NCBI GenBank assembly: GCA_035084275.1
Contig: CM068756.1
Span: forward strand, 4,278,001 to 4,342,000
DNA from: Hydrolagus colliei
Lineage: Eukaryota
Direction of reading: 5' to 3'
DNA: 64,000 bases
The position numbers were made by a program, and so were the translations under genes. A model generated the notes under the pieces. The model saw only the letters and a list, made by a program, of their open reading frames with translations. It was not told the DNA's origin and ran no database searches. Position 1 is the stretch's first letter; every line of letters starts with the position of its first letter. This document shows, piece after piece, positions 24,999-38,630 of the stretch.

Positions 24999-25379
24999 AT
25001 TGTGTTGGAGATAAATTGCTTGATGGAGGACTTCAACCAGGGGCATAATTCAGTTGTTTTTTTGTCTCTGTGTGCGATGATATTTTACTGAGCATTTCAC
25101 AGCACGGTAATATAAATATACTTTATAGACACCCATTGCTGAAACCCAGCACAAAAACCTAATGCAGTGTTGAAGGGTTAAAAGCCAGAGTGAGAGGCTG
25201 TACAATACAAAATACTCTAGCAAGGTGGAAAAAAAAGATGTTCTATATATACCTCCAGGTTTGGTTTAAGGGAAACCGATTAAGCCCCAAGAGGTTGTTA
25301 GTTACCTTTAGAGTAAATGCCAAACTGATGTGTCTAGGTGCTAAGAGTGTAATTACCTGAAGCTCTAGCTCAGAGCTCC

Positions 25380-25746
25380 CCCTCACTCTCTCTCTCTCAC
25401 ACACTCTCTCACACACTCTCTACTACTGTATCCTAGTGTAAGTCTGACTTGCCTCTTGCTCTCGTCGTATCTGTGCACAAACCATCTGATACACAACACA
25501 ACACAACAGGCAGTATTGAATCAGCAGCAAGGCTAGCATCCAGCTCTCCCTCCAGCTACTCTTAGCGTCGGAGGCAAAGCAGCCTGTCTCTCTCTCTCTC
25601 TATCTCTCTCTGTCTCTCTCTCTGTACTGTTTGTGGCAGAAGATGAGTGCAGAAAATATTAGATGAACGGAGTGCTTGACGACAAGACCATAAAGAGCTT
25701 GTGGAGAGTTAGATGGAACCCAGCCCAGTTACACTGCCAGCAACCG
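25380..25746 (+). promoter_or_regulatory. Putative CPNE7 promoter and first (mostly 5' UTR) exon
   Basis: TE-free stretch with CT/CA microsatellites, ending in a strong donor CCG|GTGAGT (GT at 25747); candidate acceptors at 30540, 30731 and 31040; the start coordinate is a guess. Confidence 0.45.
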
Positions 25747-26314
25747 GTGAGTTTTTGATGAAATCTTGTTGAGTATTTGAGTAACTATTATTGTAAAAAG
25801 TAAAACCTGCTTGTTATAAAGCAGTGATTTTTTTGAACTATGCTGTCTAGCTCTAGACTGTAACTATATAATGCCACTCAGTTCAGATTTTGTAAAGCAA
25901 ATTTTAAACCTCTGATGTATTCATGAACTGCATGCTTAATTTTTTTTTAAAAACATGTTTCCTTTGCAATGATGGCTAATTTTAATCATCAGATGAGTCT
26001 TTTGGCAAACACTTTTCTATCTCTTGACATTCACTATTCATCCGTTGAGTTGCTTGTTCTTTCCTGATCTCTCACTTTAGCTGTATTAGTTGCTGTTTGT
26101 GTAAAAGCGGGTTGCTTACATCTGGATATTACATTCCCCAAAGCATTGGCATTGGAAACGCTGAAAGCAGAGATCCAGGTTTCACCTTTTGAAAATGTGT
26201 ACTAAAATCTTATTTTATTTGCACACTGATTTCATTCTTGTGGTCTTCACCAAATCACAATGCATTGAAGATAGCACAAAGCGATGGCATTAAAAGTAAT
26301 GATTGTTATCATAA

Positions 26315-26612
26315 TAAGAAGAATAATCCTTACATTTGATATAACTTCTTACTGCGTCTTCTAGATACCTCAAAGTGCTTCACAGCATATACTGTAAAGC
26401 GAATTGACTGTATATTTGTGGGCGAAATCGCGGCAGCCATTTGCACACAGCAGTGTCCCACAAACAGACATGGATTGAAGTGACTAATTTATTATGTGTT
26501 TTTCTTGAGGGATTATTATCAGGCGTGTGGAGTAAAGAAACTTGTCTAAGGTTTTGACCTGCCGGGAATTGAACCCAGGTCTCTCACTTGCGAGGCGAGT
26601 GCTCTAACCACT
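26315..26612 (-). mobile_element. tRNA-derived SINE, short subfamily
   Basis: Antisense tail, body and most of the head. Confidence 0.87.
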
Positions 26613-28771
26613 TGTAATTTAATCCTTTTCACTGTCCTAGACATATTATGTATTGAAAGCTACAACAGCAACAATTTTCATTGATATATTTATCTCAGAG
26701 TTATGCTATGAAACTAGTAAGTAAATAAGTCCCATTTTATTTTCAATATAATCTTAATTTTAATGAATTATTGCATTAATGATCCCCTGCTTCACGGGGC
26801 TGTGGAGCCTGAAATAGATTTCAGCACTTGGATGTACCAATCATTTTTCAAGCCATAGCAGAACATTTAGAACCATCTGCTCTTTGCGTTCTTTTGTGTA
26901 CTACAAATTGTATATGCATAATCTTCCTATAGTGTAGTACTGAGCACAATGTTAGTATCCTGTTATTTTTATATACAATTTGCATTGTTAGCAGATGGCT
27001 GTTGAGTTAGCACCTCATTCATACTGAAAACTACCTATATACCAAAGGATGCATTCAATTACTGATTTCCTTTAATAAGGAGAAAACAAAATAATAGTTA
27101 TTTAAATTCCAGCTAATAAATTTAAATCAGATTCCTTGAAATCGAATGATGATAAGGCACTATATCAAATGCAAGGATTATTATTATTTATCTTAGATAT
27201 CAGAAGTACTTGAAGACCATAAAATAATAAAAAGTATTCCAACAGTTTTCAGAAGACAACGTTTTAAACAAAAAAAAGATAAATTAGATGTGTTTGTGAG
27301 ATTTTTTGTTCTGGCGATCGCATCGCACGAGAAACAGCTGCTGGTGTGGGATATGTTTGGCGTTTCCTTTAACATTGGAAGTATCAATTGCAGTGAGGGT
27401 AGCAAGGGAAAGTCTTTTAGAATAAGGACGGAGTGAAACGAATGAAGTTCAGCGATGACACTCCACATTGCCCCCTCTCTCCCCTTTTCAATTCCCACCT
27501 GAAAACCTTCCTCTTCAACCGTGCTTACGATCACCTTAAACCTTATTTTTTTTAAAAAAAGGAATATGTTTGAAACTCTTAGCATTTTTTGAACAGGCTG
27601 AGCTCAGTCACACATACCTTGTGTTGACTGATCAACCTTGATCATTTGCTAAGTTCAGTTATTTTCCTGTGGGGTTTTCACAGTGAAATTCAGTAACTGG
27701 TGGAATGTTTACATGGAATGTAGAGTGCAAATTGATCAATATTGTTGTACACACTGCATTTTATTCACCTACAGCAGTGTAATTCCATTGTTAACACTTA
27801 AAAAAACCTGTCAATCCCCCCCACCCTATTCTCACTGCTGCTATCTAAAAGGTACCAACATTACTCCTGTTAACTTCAGGCAGTAACAGTAACTAACCAT
27901 CTGTCACATTCAATAGCAATCTCCATTGGAGCTAAGATGGCTGTGAAATTTACCTTTCCTTTCCTTCTAGTGATGGTCTCCATAGCAATAACTGGAATTT
28001 TATCTGCGTGACCCAACACTCCATATCCAAGTAATACGGCAAAATACAACATGTGACACAAACAACTTAGTCTGTACATACGCGTTTGGTTAAATTAACA
28101 TAAACCACAAAACAACAACAACTTGCATTTATTTAGTGCCGCTCATGCGGGATAGCATCCCAGAGCATTTATAATGTAAAGAAAATATCCTCCAAATTTT
28201 GAGGCGAGAAAAATGATTGTTTTGCATTGTAATGAACATATATTTTCTATCTAATCAAATCTGGTTAGATTTGATTTATTTAACCTAAGGTTTCTGAACT
28301 ATAACTGCACCAAGTGTAACTATTATTCTCCAACCTACCAAACAACAGCCTGAATACTGAAGTATCGCAACCTCACATAAATCAATAAAAAGCCTCTTTT
28401 TTTATGAATCTGTGACATACGCAAATAGAATCCAATTAGAATACTCATTAATATAGTTCATAATACGATAATAATTATGCATTTCGAGTTTCATGAATAT
28501 CATTTTTAGGTTATTGTGAAGAAAATGTGTTTGATAATTAACTTACATTGTGCAAGTTATGGGTTTGGTGAAAGTGTTACAGGATTTATTTTCTGGCATA
28601 TTCTAATTGGAAGCATGTGATCTGTGAATGGAATTTGGGATACAGCATTGTGCAAATAGATTTTCACCTTTAACCCTATGGGGTTGATGTTCTCTGGTAT
28701 TTTGTTCTTTCAATATGGGATGTTTAGACGGTAGCTGTTGAGAGAATTGACATACAACTTTGTAGCTTCTT

Positions 28772-29135
28772 GGTGCTTCAGTGGGTAAATGCACCACCTT
28801 TCGCTTGGAACAATGGGTGAAAAAGGCCTGAGAAAGGAGGAAGGAACTAGGTTCAAAGCCTGGTCTGAGCTGTGTTTGATGATCTCAGCTGGAGTAGCAG
28901 TGGTGATGCTAAAATTGTTTTTTCAGTGCCCCTGGATAACGGAGAGGAACAAACGTTCAGATTCTGTTTTGTGTTTGTTAACAATGGCCCCAGTTGGAAA
29001 GTGCACATCTGTGGACATTGGGTGAAGACAGTAAAAGGCTCAGCTGTGATATGCACAAGCACATAGTGTCTTGGCACACACATGTAGAATGATCACTTGG
29101 GTAGGGTACAACACAGCCACATCCAGTTAGTGCCA
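28772..29135 (+). mobile_element. Ancient tRNA-SINE, near full length (AmnSINE2-like by recall)
   Basis: A-box-like cagtgggtaaatgcac, B-box-like ggttcaaagcc, body ..ggaaagtgcacatctgtggacattgggtgaagacag..gatcacttgggtagggtac; antisense relatives elsewhere in the window. Confidence 0.5.
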
Positions 29136-29419
29136 AAGACAAGAGGCAGGCAGAAACAAGGAAATAAACCGCATTTCTCCTTTAACTAAAGAAACAAACT
29201 CAAAACTCATTTGCTTCAGACATGATCCGATTCACAAAGTGAGTGGGTGTTGATTTTGTTTTTTCACATCCTGTATTCTTAAGATGCACTTTAAATAATG
29301 AAAAGGTACTACTGTACCCAGCTTGTATCGTATAGAACCCCTGCTGAGGAGTTTTCCACTAGATTAGCGGATCTCAAATAATTTGGGATTATTTTATCCC
29401 TAACTCTTTTATCTGATCT

Positions 29420-29607
29420 TGCAGGGCAAAATCTTGGGCAATTTTCCTTACTCCACACGCCGCTGTTTACCTAACAGTAACTAGGAACCCGGTTGTTAAT
29501 CGATTGGTGGATCTCTTTTCCGGGGATAATACTAAAACATTTTTTTATAATTTGGTTACTCAAGCCACTACTGTTTGTGGGACACTACTGGGTACAATTG
29601 GCTGCTA
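29420..29607 (+). mobile_element. Long-subfamily tRNA SINE, internal fragment
   Basis: Contains the module ctgtttacctaacagtaactaggaacccggttgttaatcgattggtggatc. Confidence 0.75.
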
Positions 29608-30841
29608 GGTCAGAGTTAGTTTTAGCAAACTAACCAAATATAAAAAAATCAAAGCAGACCTAACAGCTTGGAAGTGATTCCGTGAAACGCTGTACAGTAT
29701 ATAGAACAAATAACAGAAACAGAACCAAAAGACTTAGAACATTGGAACGGGTTCATCAAAGCTACTTAGAGAAGATCAAAGAACATCTTAACGTTTATTT
29801 TAATTGAGGTAAAGAAGATTATGAGGGGACATGATGCACATCTTTAAAATAGTACAAGGCAACAATACTCTAAGCAGGTAATTGCAATATAATTGAAACA
29901 GGAGAGAATGTGAGCTAATGAGCTTCAGGAAGACTTAAGCCTGAATAATTGTGTTTATCATTAGCTGGTGGATATCCGAAAACAGGAAAGCTATTCATGC
30001 TATTTAGATTAGTTCTTCCAACAAAGAACTGCTTAGACATATAAGATCAAATACTTAGGTTATTATAGTCAAGCCATGGAAATATAGTAGACAAGATGCG
30101 AACGAATAGGGCTGAACAATATAGATTGTGAAAAGATGGATATCTTGAAGTTTTAATGAGATTTATCTTGGAAGCTTTGCTTGTGGTTAGACACTCCACT
30201 CTTTTCATTCTATGTTTTTGTACAATACAAGTGGTTTGCCACATTTTCATTCCATTGAACGGTAGAGGACAGAAGGCAATTTTATGCATTGGAATTCTAC
30301 GTAATGGGAGTGAATCCTTGAGGTACTATGATGAAAGGGTATATTGTATATTGCATACAAACTAGCTCCTAATCACATAGCATAATACTCCTTGGCAGAA
30401 TCCCCGGTATTATTCTCAAATGCCACTCAGGGATCACATTTGCTCAAAATTAATCGTTTGCTTACTGTCTTGTGTTTGTTTAACCGTAGCTTTCATTTTT
30501 CTCTCATTTTTGTGTTTCTTTCTTCTTTTGCTCATTTCAGTCTCCCTACAGTCAGCCAGATTTAATGAAAATCAACAATGAAAATAAATATTGTGGACTA
30601 TGCCAAAAAACACTGAGCAAATAAACAATTCTTGAATTCTTGTGTCATTCACATCTCAATTAGGCAATACTTCAAACCTTTTGCCTTATGGCTTTATCAC
30701 AACTAATTTTTTCCTTAATTTTTATTTACAGGGTCTTCTGAAATCAGCCAGTATAAAATTGTTGTGTAGAGAGATTGATATTACTCTCAAATAACTTTGT
30801 TTTGCTCTTGGAATCGGAAGATGGAAGAATCAAATCATTAA

Positions 30842-31294
<453 letters not shown>

Positions 31295-32549
31295 TGAGTT
31301 TGTGGTCCTGTGTGAATTTGTGTGTGAATAGCGAGTCTGTCTGATTCAAGCGAAGTGGATATTATCAGGTCCACCACCTTAGAAACTGTTGGATAATTTT
31401 TTGTAAAGATACATATGAGCAGAATTTTGGTGTAACATTCTCTACTGAGATGATGGTTGTTTATCGTATTCCAGGTCTTTCACAGCTGCTGAGTTACCTC
31501 CCTGGCTGAGGCCAGCTAATAGAGCACAGGTAGTCCAATGAATCAGCAACCTTCTAACCTGAATAATTTTAGTGTTTCTCCCACAAAATGTACATTCAAT
31601 TCATTTTACAGTATATTCCGTGAAGCGCTTTGAGACGTCTCGCAGAAGTGATAAGGCACTATATAAAATGCAAGGATTATTACTGTATTTCACTGGCCAG
31701 TGCCCTTAACCACCAGATCGTCGAGGAAAAGCAATCTTCTCTTTTTAAATTAATTCCTACATTCTTGCATATTTACAGCTGGTTAGAGAAGAACATTGGT
31801 TAAACAGAAAATAATGACTTCTTAACTGGGTCGATGCAGACTAACTGCGGTTGTTTGTGGTATCTGGGAGCAGATTCAATAAAACCTTGTCAGGAATGTG
31901 TTAAAAGACAAAGGTAGCTTCTGGTGTACATGCGGTAAACCAGTTTTTAAAGCAAGGCAGTAAGAACGATATAAGAGGCATTTCATAGTGAAAATATTCC
32001 CAAGACAATTACCTTGTTCTTTAAGATCTGGCTGATCCTGGTGAAATTGTACCTTCTGTAATGTTAATAATAATAATTCTTGCATTTGATATTGTGCTTT
32101 TCAAATCTTCTAAACGTCTCCAAGCGCTTCACGGAATATGCTATAAAGTGAATTGACTGTACATTTGTGGGCGAAAAGTGCAACTTGGGGAATCGGGAAA
32201 CGGAGTAATCAGTCCGAGAAACAGACCTTTGCACACTAGGGAAATGCGCAGCCAGGGAAGCAGTCAATGCTTTTTGTTCATCGTATTTGGGAAGATTTCT
32301 GTCCCTAAAGGCAAAAAAAAATTAGAAAGCATCTATTAAGTAGATGCTTTGGCTGTGAGCACTCATTCACACTGAAATTGCACCGTGATGTGAGAAGCCA
32401 CGTATCCTTCCGTTCAGTTATTGCTCCTTCAGAGTTGTGGGATTAATGCCAGAGATCACATGAACACCCACACTTGGTACATTATATTGTGTTGCATTGG
32501 GACGCAGTGGCAACGTTTCTTTTTTGAAAATAATCTGCATTGCTGAATA

Positions 32550-32750
32550 TCATAGAATCATAGAACCATACAGCACAGAAGGAAGCCATTTGCCCATCGT
32601 TCCTGTGCCTATTGTTTGAAAGAGCTATCCAATTAGTCAACCTCTACAGCTCTTGCCCTATAGCCTTGGAAATGTTTCCTTTGTAAATACATTACAAATA
32701 CACATTACTTTGTAAGTACATTACTAATTCCATTTTGAAAGCTACCTTCT
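32550..32750 (-). mobile_element. CR1 3' end fragment
   Basis: catagaatcatagaa tail plus the CR1 3' motif (gccatttgcccatc), antisense. Confidence 0.7.
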
Positions 32751-34327
32751 AATCTATCAAATCTATGTACTGTACAGACTCTGAAAATAATAAACATTGG
32801 TCATTTCAATCCACGTCTGTTTGTAGGACGCTGCTAACTGCAATTGGCTCCCGCGTTTCGAGTACAAAATATACAATTAATTCACTTTACATTATATTCT
32901 GTGACGCACTTTGAGATCTCTAGAAGACGTGAAAAGCTCTACATCAAATGCAAGGATTATTATTAAGGATTATTATTATAATTCCATGTCTTGGTCACTT
33001 CCCGCAGTGGTACAGATACATTCTGTGCCTTTTCTTGTGTAGCATTTAAATTATTGCCACGCATTCAACGCTGCAATTCGAATGTGCTGTAAAGTTCATA
33101 TCCACAAAGAAGATGTCTTTTTGCTGTGAGCTTTGCTTAGAATAGGATTAGGCGAGTGGAGGTGGGGAAAAGGGAGGGCATTAACAATTAGCATCTGATT
33201 ACATGCTCTATTCTGTATGCATTGAGAATATAATTTGCAATAACATTTGTATTCCATTTAATCTTCTTTTGAGCTACTAGCTGTAGGGAATGCTTAAGGT
33301 GCTATTGCTTTGAATCTAGATGTAATTTGCTTCATAAAAAAATGTGTAATTTGAGTAGGTTGGCTAGAGCTGCAGGTGATACAGTTAATTTAATTCTGCT
33401 CAGTCCCATCAGTTCAGAAACTCCACATTATCAATGAGTTTTCCATGTGTTTTCACCTGCAAAATCCAAACTAGATTTAAACCTGATTTAAAAATACTCA
33501 TTTATTTATTTATTGTAACTGTTTTTTAGAAAAAAGCCAAACTGTAGAGCCATTGCTGTTTAAATACAATTGTTCAAACAATATAAGGCTTGTATGTGAG
33601 CAGTGATATCTTAGGACTGATTCAGTAACTGGAGATTTTACTGGTGTGGACATCACGTGCATTCATAAAATAAGTTGTAGCTGAAATCAGGTTAATTAAT
33701 TTACCAGATTGGTGGGGAGAAGAGGTTATTGCACTCTTCATAGTCAACAGGTCTAGTTTGTTCAAGAGCGTGTTCACTGGAAACAATACCACTGGCAAAA
33801 ACACTACATCTTACGTCTAATTTCGTTATTTCACTCGCACTGTGATATTTAAATCAAGTATTTTCAGTCCGGCAATTTTTTTTTGTAGTGTAAGATAATC
33901 ACTCTTGATTATCACAGGGGGAGAATCCAGCCACTGAATCACTGTGCAGAGATGGCAGAGGCTGAGTGAAGGCGTGGGTGTGTAAACATCCAATTGACAT
34001 TCTGTGTGGGTAGAGGATATTTGAACACAACCAGGACTCTGGGGTGTGTGTGTGTGTGAGAGTGAAGAAGTACCTGAGCATCATTGAATGCAAGGAAGTG
34101 GCAATGTATGTAGTGGCTGTATACTCTATATCTGCTGATTTTATGGGGCAGGATTTGTGATCAGGATAATTCTGTAAACAATGGTTGGACATGGGACAAC
34201 TATGGTTTGCTGCACTCTTAGGGGTTAAGCTTTGTATTTTATCCTCTTGTTTTGAATAATAGTATTTCCTCTCTGTTTGCTTACAAAGCACACAGTCACT
34301 ACACTTTATGGGTAAAATCCAGTGGTG

Positions 34328-34620
34328 GAGTCCTATGGCTCAGTGGTTAGAGAACTGCGTTGCAAGTAGGAGACCTGGGTTCGATTCCTGGCAGGACGAA
34401 ACCTTGGGCAAGTTTCCTTACTCCACATGACTCAAAAGTAAATTGGTCACCTCAATCCACGACTGTTTGTGGGACACTATTGTGCGCACATTGGCTGCCT
34501 CATTTTGCTCACAAAATATTCAGTCAATTCACTTTACAGTGAAGCGCATCGAGACATTTAGAAGAGGTGGAAAGCGCTATATCAAATGCAAGGATTATTA
34601 TTATTACTAGTATTATTATT
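34328..34620 (+). mobile_element. tRNA-derived SINE, short subfamily
   Basis: A box tggctcagtggttag, B box ggttcgattcc, (ATT)n tail. Confidence 0.88.
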
Positions 34621-36907
34621 ATAATTATATAGTATTATTGGCCAATAGGTGTCTCTGCTATTTGACACTGTGCAAAAAAAACAATGATTCCAAGCCGATG
34701 CAATGTAGCACAGTGGTTTCAGATCTGCCACTGCCTTGGTTAATGAGTGGCTTCTCATGGAAGATTCTAAATTGAAGGCGTCTGTGGTTGCTTTGTGTCA
34801 AGGGGAATTTACTGATATAAGAGAATTATCGTGTAATTTTGCAACAAAATTAACTTGCACTTATCTGCGGTCGTGTGGGGGTGGAAAGTTAACACTGATT
34901 AAAGATCTGTAAATATTTCATCCAAACCTCAGTTGTATATATTAAAGGGATCTGACCAACTCTTTTCCAACATTATAAATGCAGTGGGGATGAAATAGGA
35001 GCTTGGCAAATCACATATTTATCCTTAAAATGTCAGCGTCTCGCTGGAAACTTCAGATGTACCTCAGCCAATGTGCAGCACTGGTACAGTACTGATGAAA
35101 GCTGCCAATTTCTGAGAAATTGGGAGTTTTGTACTACATTTGATGTTTGTTGAATTTAAAACATTACCTTGGACCAACATCATTTTTTAATTTTTGCCGT
35201 CTGATAGACGCCAGCATCTTCATTGATATTTGATAATATGACTTATGATTTTTTGAGGGGGAGGGTTAAATGCATGAACTGCTGATACTACACAATAGAA
35301 TACACCTTTATGTAAACTATAGCTAGAATCAGTTTTAACTAGGCTGATTTTGATTTGTTAAGAATATATCATTATTTGAGTTTATGACTTGGTAAGGATC
35401 CTGGGTAGGAGGTGCACATCTTGTCATCCTTGCGGTTTAGCTTGAAGTGTGTGTATCTGATCTCCACAGTGGTGCAGTTTGGAAAATAATTCCAAACGAG
35501 CCAGACACGTGATGTGTCATCTGCAATCCCAGCTGCTCTGGTCTCTGTATCTCTTCTCACCCACAATTAGACAGAGTCCACATCTTACCATCAGTCAGAC
35601 ATGCTGTATATCCCTAAGGGGTTTAGCAACATGGACCTTCCCAGCCTTAGAAGAAGTCTCAACCAACATACCAGAGGACAAGCAACATTTTCAATCACAG
35701 GAAACGAGTTTACAATAATGTAATTCATTCTTTTTGCATCAGGAGGATGTCTCCAAAGCACTTGGAACTAGGGGGAAATGGAAAACGATCATGTTGCTTG
35801 CCATTTTGATTCTGAATCATTCATCGTGCTTTTGAGATTGATGCAGGATTGAGAGATTCTGTTGGAAGATCATTTCTAGACCCGAAATTGAAAGAGAGGA
35901 AACATTTTACATACACACACACAAAAAAACAAAATCTGTACCTTTTTGCAGACGAGGAGTATTTAGTCTTGCTGGAATCGACTGGTGAGGTGACAACTAT
36001 CATACTTTTTCTTTCTCTGCAGCCTCCCTCCCATCACCCCATCACACAGAATACAGCAGACAAGGCAATGTGAGGCATAGTGCATTGAGACCCACGTCAA
36101 TATACATTGATGACCTGTATAGCACTGAGCTTGTGTTCTTTGACATCATGGAGGCAGAAGCACAGATACAGAGGATTTTATAGTTTGTTTCTTTTAGGTG
36201 GAGCTAAATGTAATCACTATGGTTAGATCAAGCGTCCATCATTTTTTCCCCCAAAATGTGCTTTATTGAGCACACCTCCATTCAGCCTTCTCTTAATAAC
36301 ATTGGTGCGATTTGTATGAAAATAAATGAAATTTATTATTGACATTAGAAATGGGAGCAGAACATCCATTCAGGCATGGCTTCACTTTAATGTCAATTAA
36401 TGTCGAAATATTAACTTTTTTTCCCCCACTAGCCTGTAACCAGACAAGTGTTAGGAACAGAGAGATTGTGTTTTCACTTAGTTGAAATATTACAGTATCT
36501 CTCTAATCCCCTTTGCTATCACCTACCACTAACCTAATTGGATGCTGTGTCTATAAATAGTATTGTGCCAGGGATAGGGTTGATTCTTTCTTTGCTAAAG
36601 TGAACAATTACCATCAATCACTGCTCTTCACGTGAAATATTCCAATAAATATTAACATGGTTGCTGTTTCATTGGACGCAACTGACTTTAACTAAAAATT
36701 TTCAAAAACTGCAATAACGCTTCACTAACCTGTGCTGCTAATCATTGTGGCATTAAAGCATAACAGTAGAGTGGATAGATAGGTTACAGACACACCAATG
36801 GTCTGCTGTACTGGAAATCTTTATCATGTTACAAGATATTGATTTTACAGAGTTGCTGATGCGAATGACATTGAGAGAGGAATCTGTGCATTTCACATTG
36901 AGTTTGT

Positions 36908-37450
36908 GGAATCGTAGCTCAGTGGTTAGCGCACTTGCCTTCTAAGTAAAAGACCTGGGTTCAATTCCAGATGGCGAAACTTTGGGCAAGTTTCCTTACT
37001 CCAGACGCCTGATAATAATCTCTCAAGAAAAACAATCATAAATTGGACGTTTCAACTTTTAAATTACTTTAAAACAACTTAATAAGTTTATTAACAACTT
37101 ATAAACTTAAGAAATTACTTTAAAAGAGAGGTAGACATTTATTTGGGGAGGAAAGGTTTGCAAGGTTATGGGGAGAGAGCTGGGGAGTGGGATTAAATTG
37201 CTCTTTTTAAAGAGCCAGCACAGATTAGATGGGCCGAATGGCCTCCTTTTGTGCCATAAGATTCTATGATTCTATGATTCAATCCACGACTGTTTGTGCG
37301 ACACTGCTGTGCACAATTGGCTGCCTCATTTCGCCCACAAATATATGGTCAATTGACTTTACAGTATATTCTGTGAATCACTTTGAGAAGTCTAGAGGTA
37401 GTGAAAAGCGCTATATCAAATGCAAGGATTATTATTATCATCATTATTAT
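36908..37450 (+). mobile_element. tRNA SINE split by a nested CR1 3' fragment (about 37115-37277)
   Basis: SINE 5' half ends ..gacgtttcaa and resumes ttcaatccacgactg after the CR1 tail attctatgattctatga. Confidence 0.87.
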
Positions 37451-38254
37451 AGTCCAGGGTGGGGTCCTTACTGCCCTCCAGCTTCAGTCTATAGGTAGAG
37501 ATCTGGGAGCAGACTTTGACTGAAGTTCTGGGGCTGGTAAATAAAGAAAGAGAATACAAATCCCAGAAAGGTAGAAACCCACTCAAATTGCCCGATAACT
37601 CTGCAATCTAAAGTGTAATATATACATCTTCAATATTTGTGATAGTAGTAGAGCCTGGAACTAGGTGCTTGGTGAATGGTGTCACACACCATTCAGTCAC
37701 TCACACTATGAGACACTGTGTACCTGTCATCACCGCATTGATTCATGGGGAGGTTGATGGGATTGCAGCATAAACTGAAAGGGCAGGTTTGCCTTAGAAC
37801 TTTGGATAACCTTGTATTGCGTTGAGGCATTGTTGTTTGATGACTTTCATCAAATTAAGGCTTTCTCATTGTGGCTTCTGGAATCAATGATGATCTCACC
37901 TGACCGACGACACCTTAGGGAATGCTAAATATATATTTTCACATGTTTTGCTTAGCGTAAAAAATTGGTGTTGTTCTTTTATGACGAGGTGACCTGATTT
38001 CACATTCGTTCACACAAAACTTGAGAGGATATCTGAACAACATTAGTACCTGGCATGCAGCTTTTGAAGGTCATGAGTTAGGATCACCTCTGAAAGACAT
38101 TGAAACCTCCTGAATTGTGTTGTCCGTGAAAGAAACTGAATGGAGGTCAAACATTTCACTTAGTGAGTGAGTGGAGAATTGTGTCTGTGTGGAATGTGAT
38201 CCAATGTTCTGCTCATGATTCAACATGTAATTCGATTATTTTAATAAGAATATT

Positions 38255-38630
38255 CCTTATATGATCCTTGGATTTGATCTAACGCCCTATGTCTCCAAGA
38301 CGTCGCTAAGCCCTTCGCAGAATATGCCGTAAAGTAAATTGGTTGTATATTTTGTGGGAAAAATGTGGCAGCCAATTCTGCACAGCAGCACCCCACAAAC
38401 AGTTATGGGTTGAGTGATCAAATGTTTGTAAAAATTATTATTTATTTATTTTTGATGGGATTATTACCCCCAGAAAAGCAATCTGTAGTTGACTAGCAAC
38501 TGGGTTCCTACTTATTACTGTTCAGCATTAGGTAAATAGAGGCATGTGAAGTACGGAAATGTACCTAACGTTTTATCCCACCCAGAAATCGGATCCTGGT
38601 CCTCTCGCCTGTGAGACGAGTACTCTAACT
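38255..38630 (-). mobile_element. tRNA-derived SINE, long subfamily
   Basis: Antisense tail, central module at about 38460-38540, and head. Confidence 0.8.

Noticed and set aside
25643-25668. MSAENIR* resembling the human CPNE7 start MSA
   Set aside because: Stops after 7 codons; at most a uORF, and the similarity is trivial.
34328-34400. tRNA-like sequences that could be called tRNA genes (also 13721, 16322, 36908, 45867)
   Set aside because: Each continues into the same SINE body and tail with no Pol III terminator at the tRNA end; these are SINE heads.
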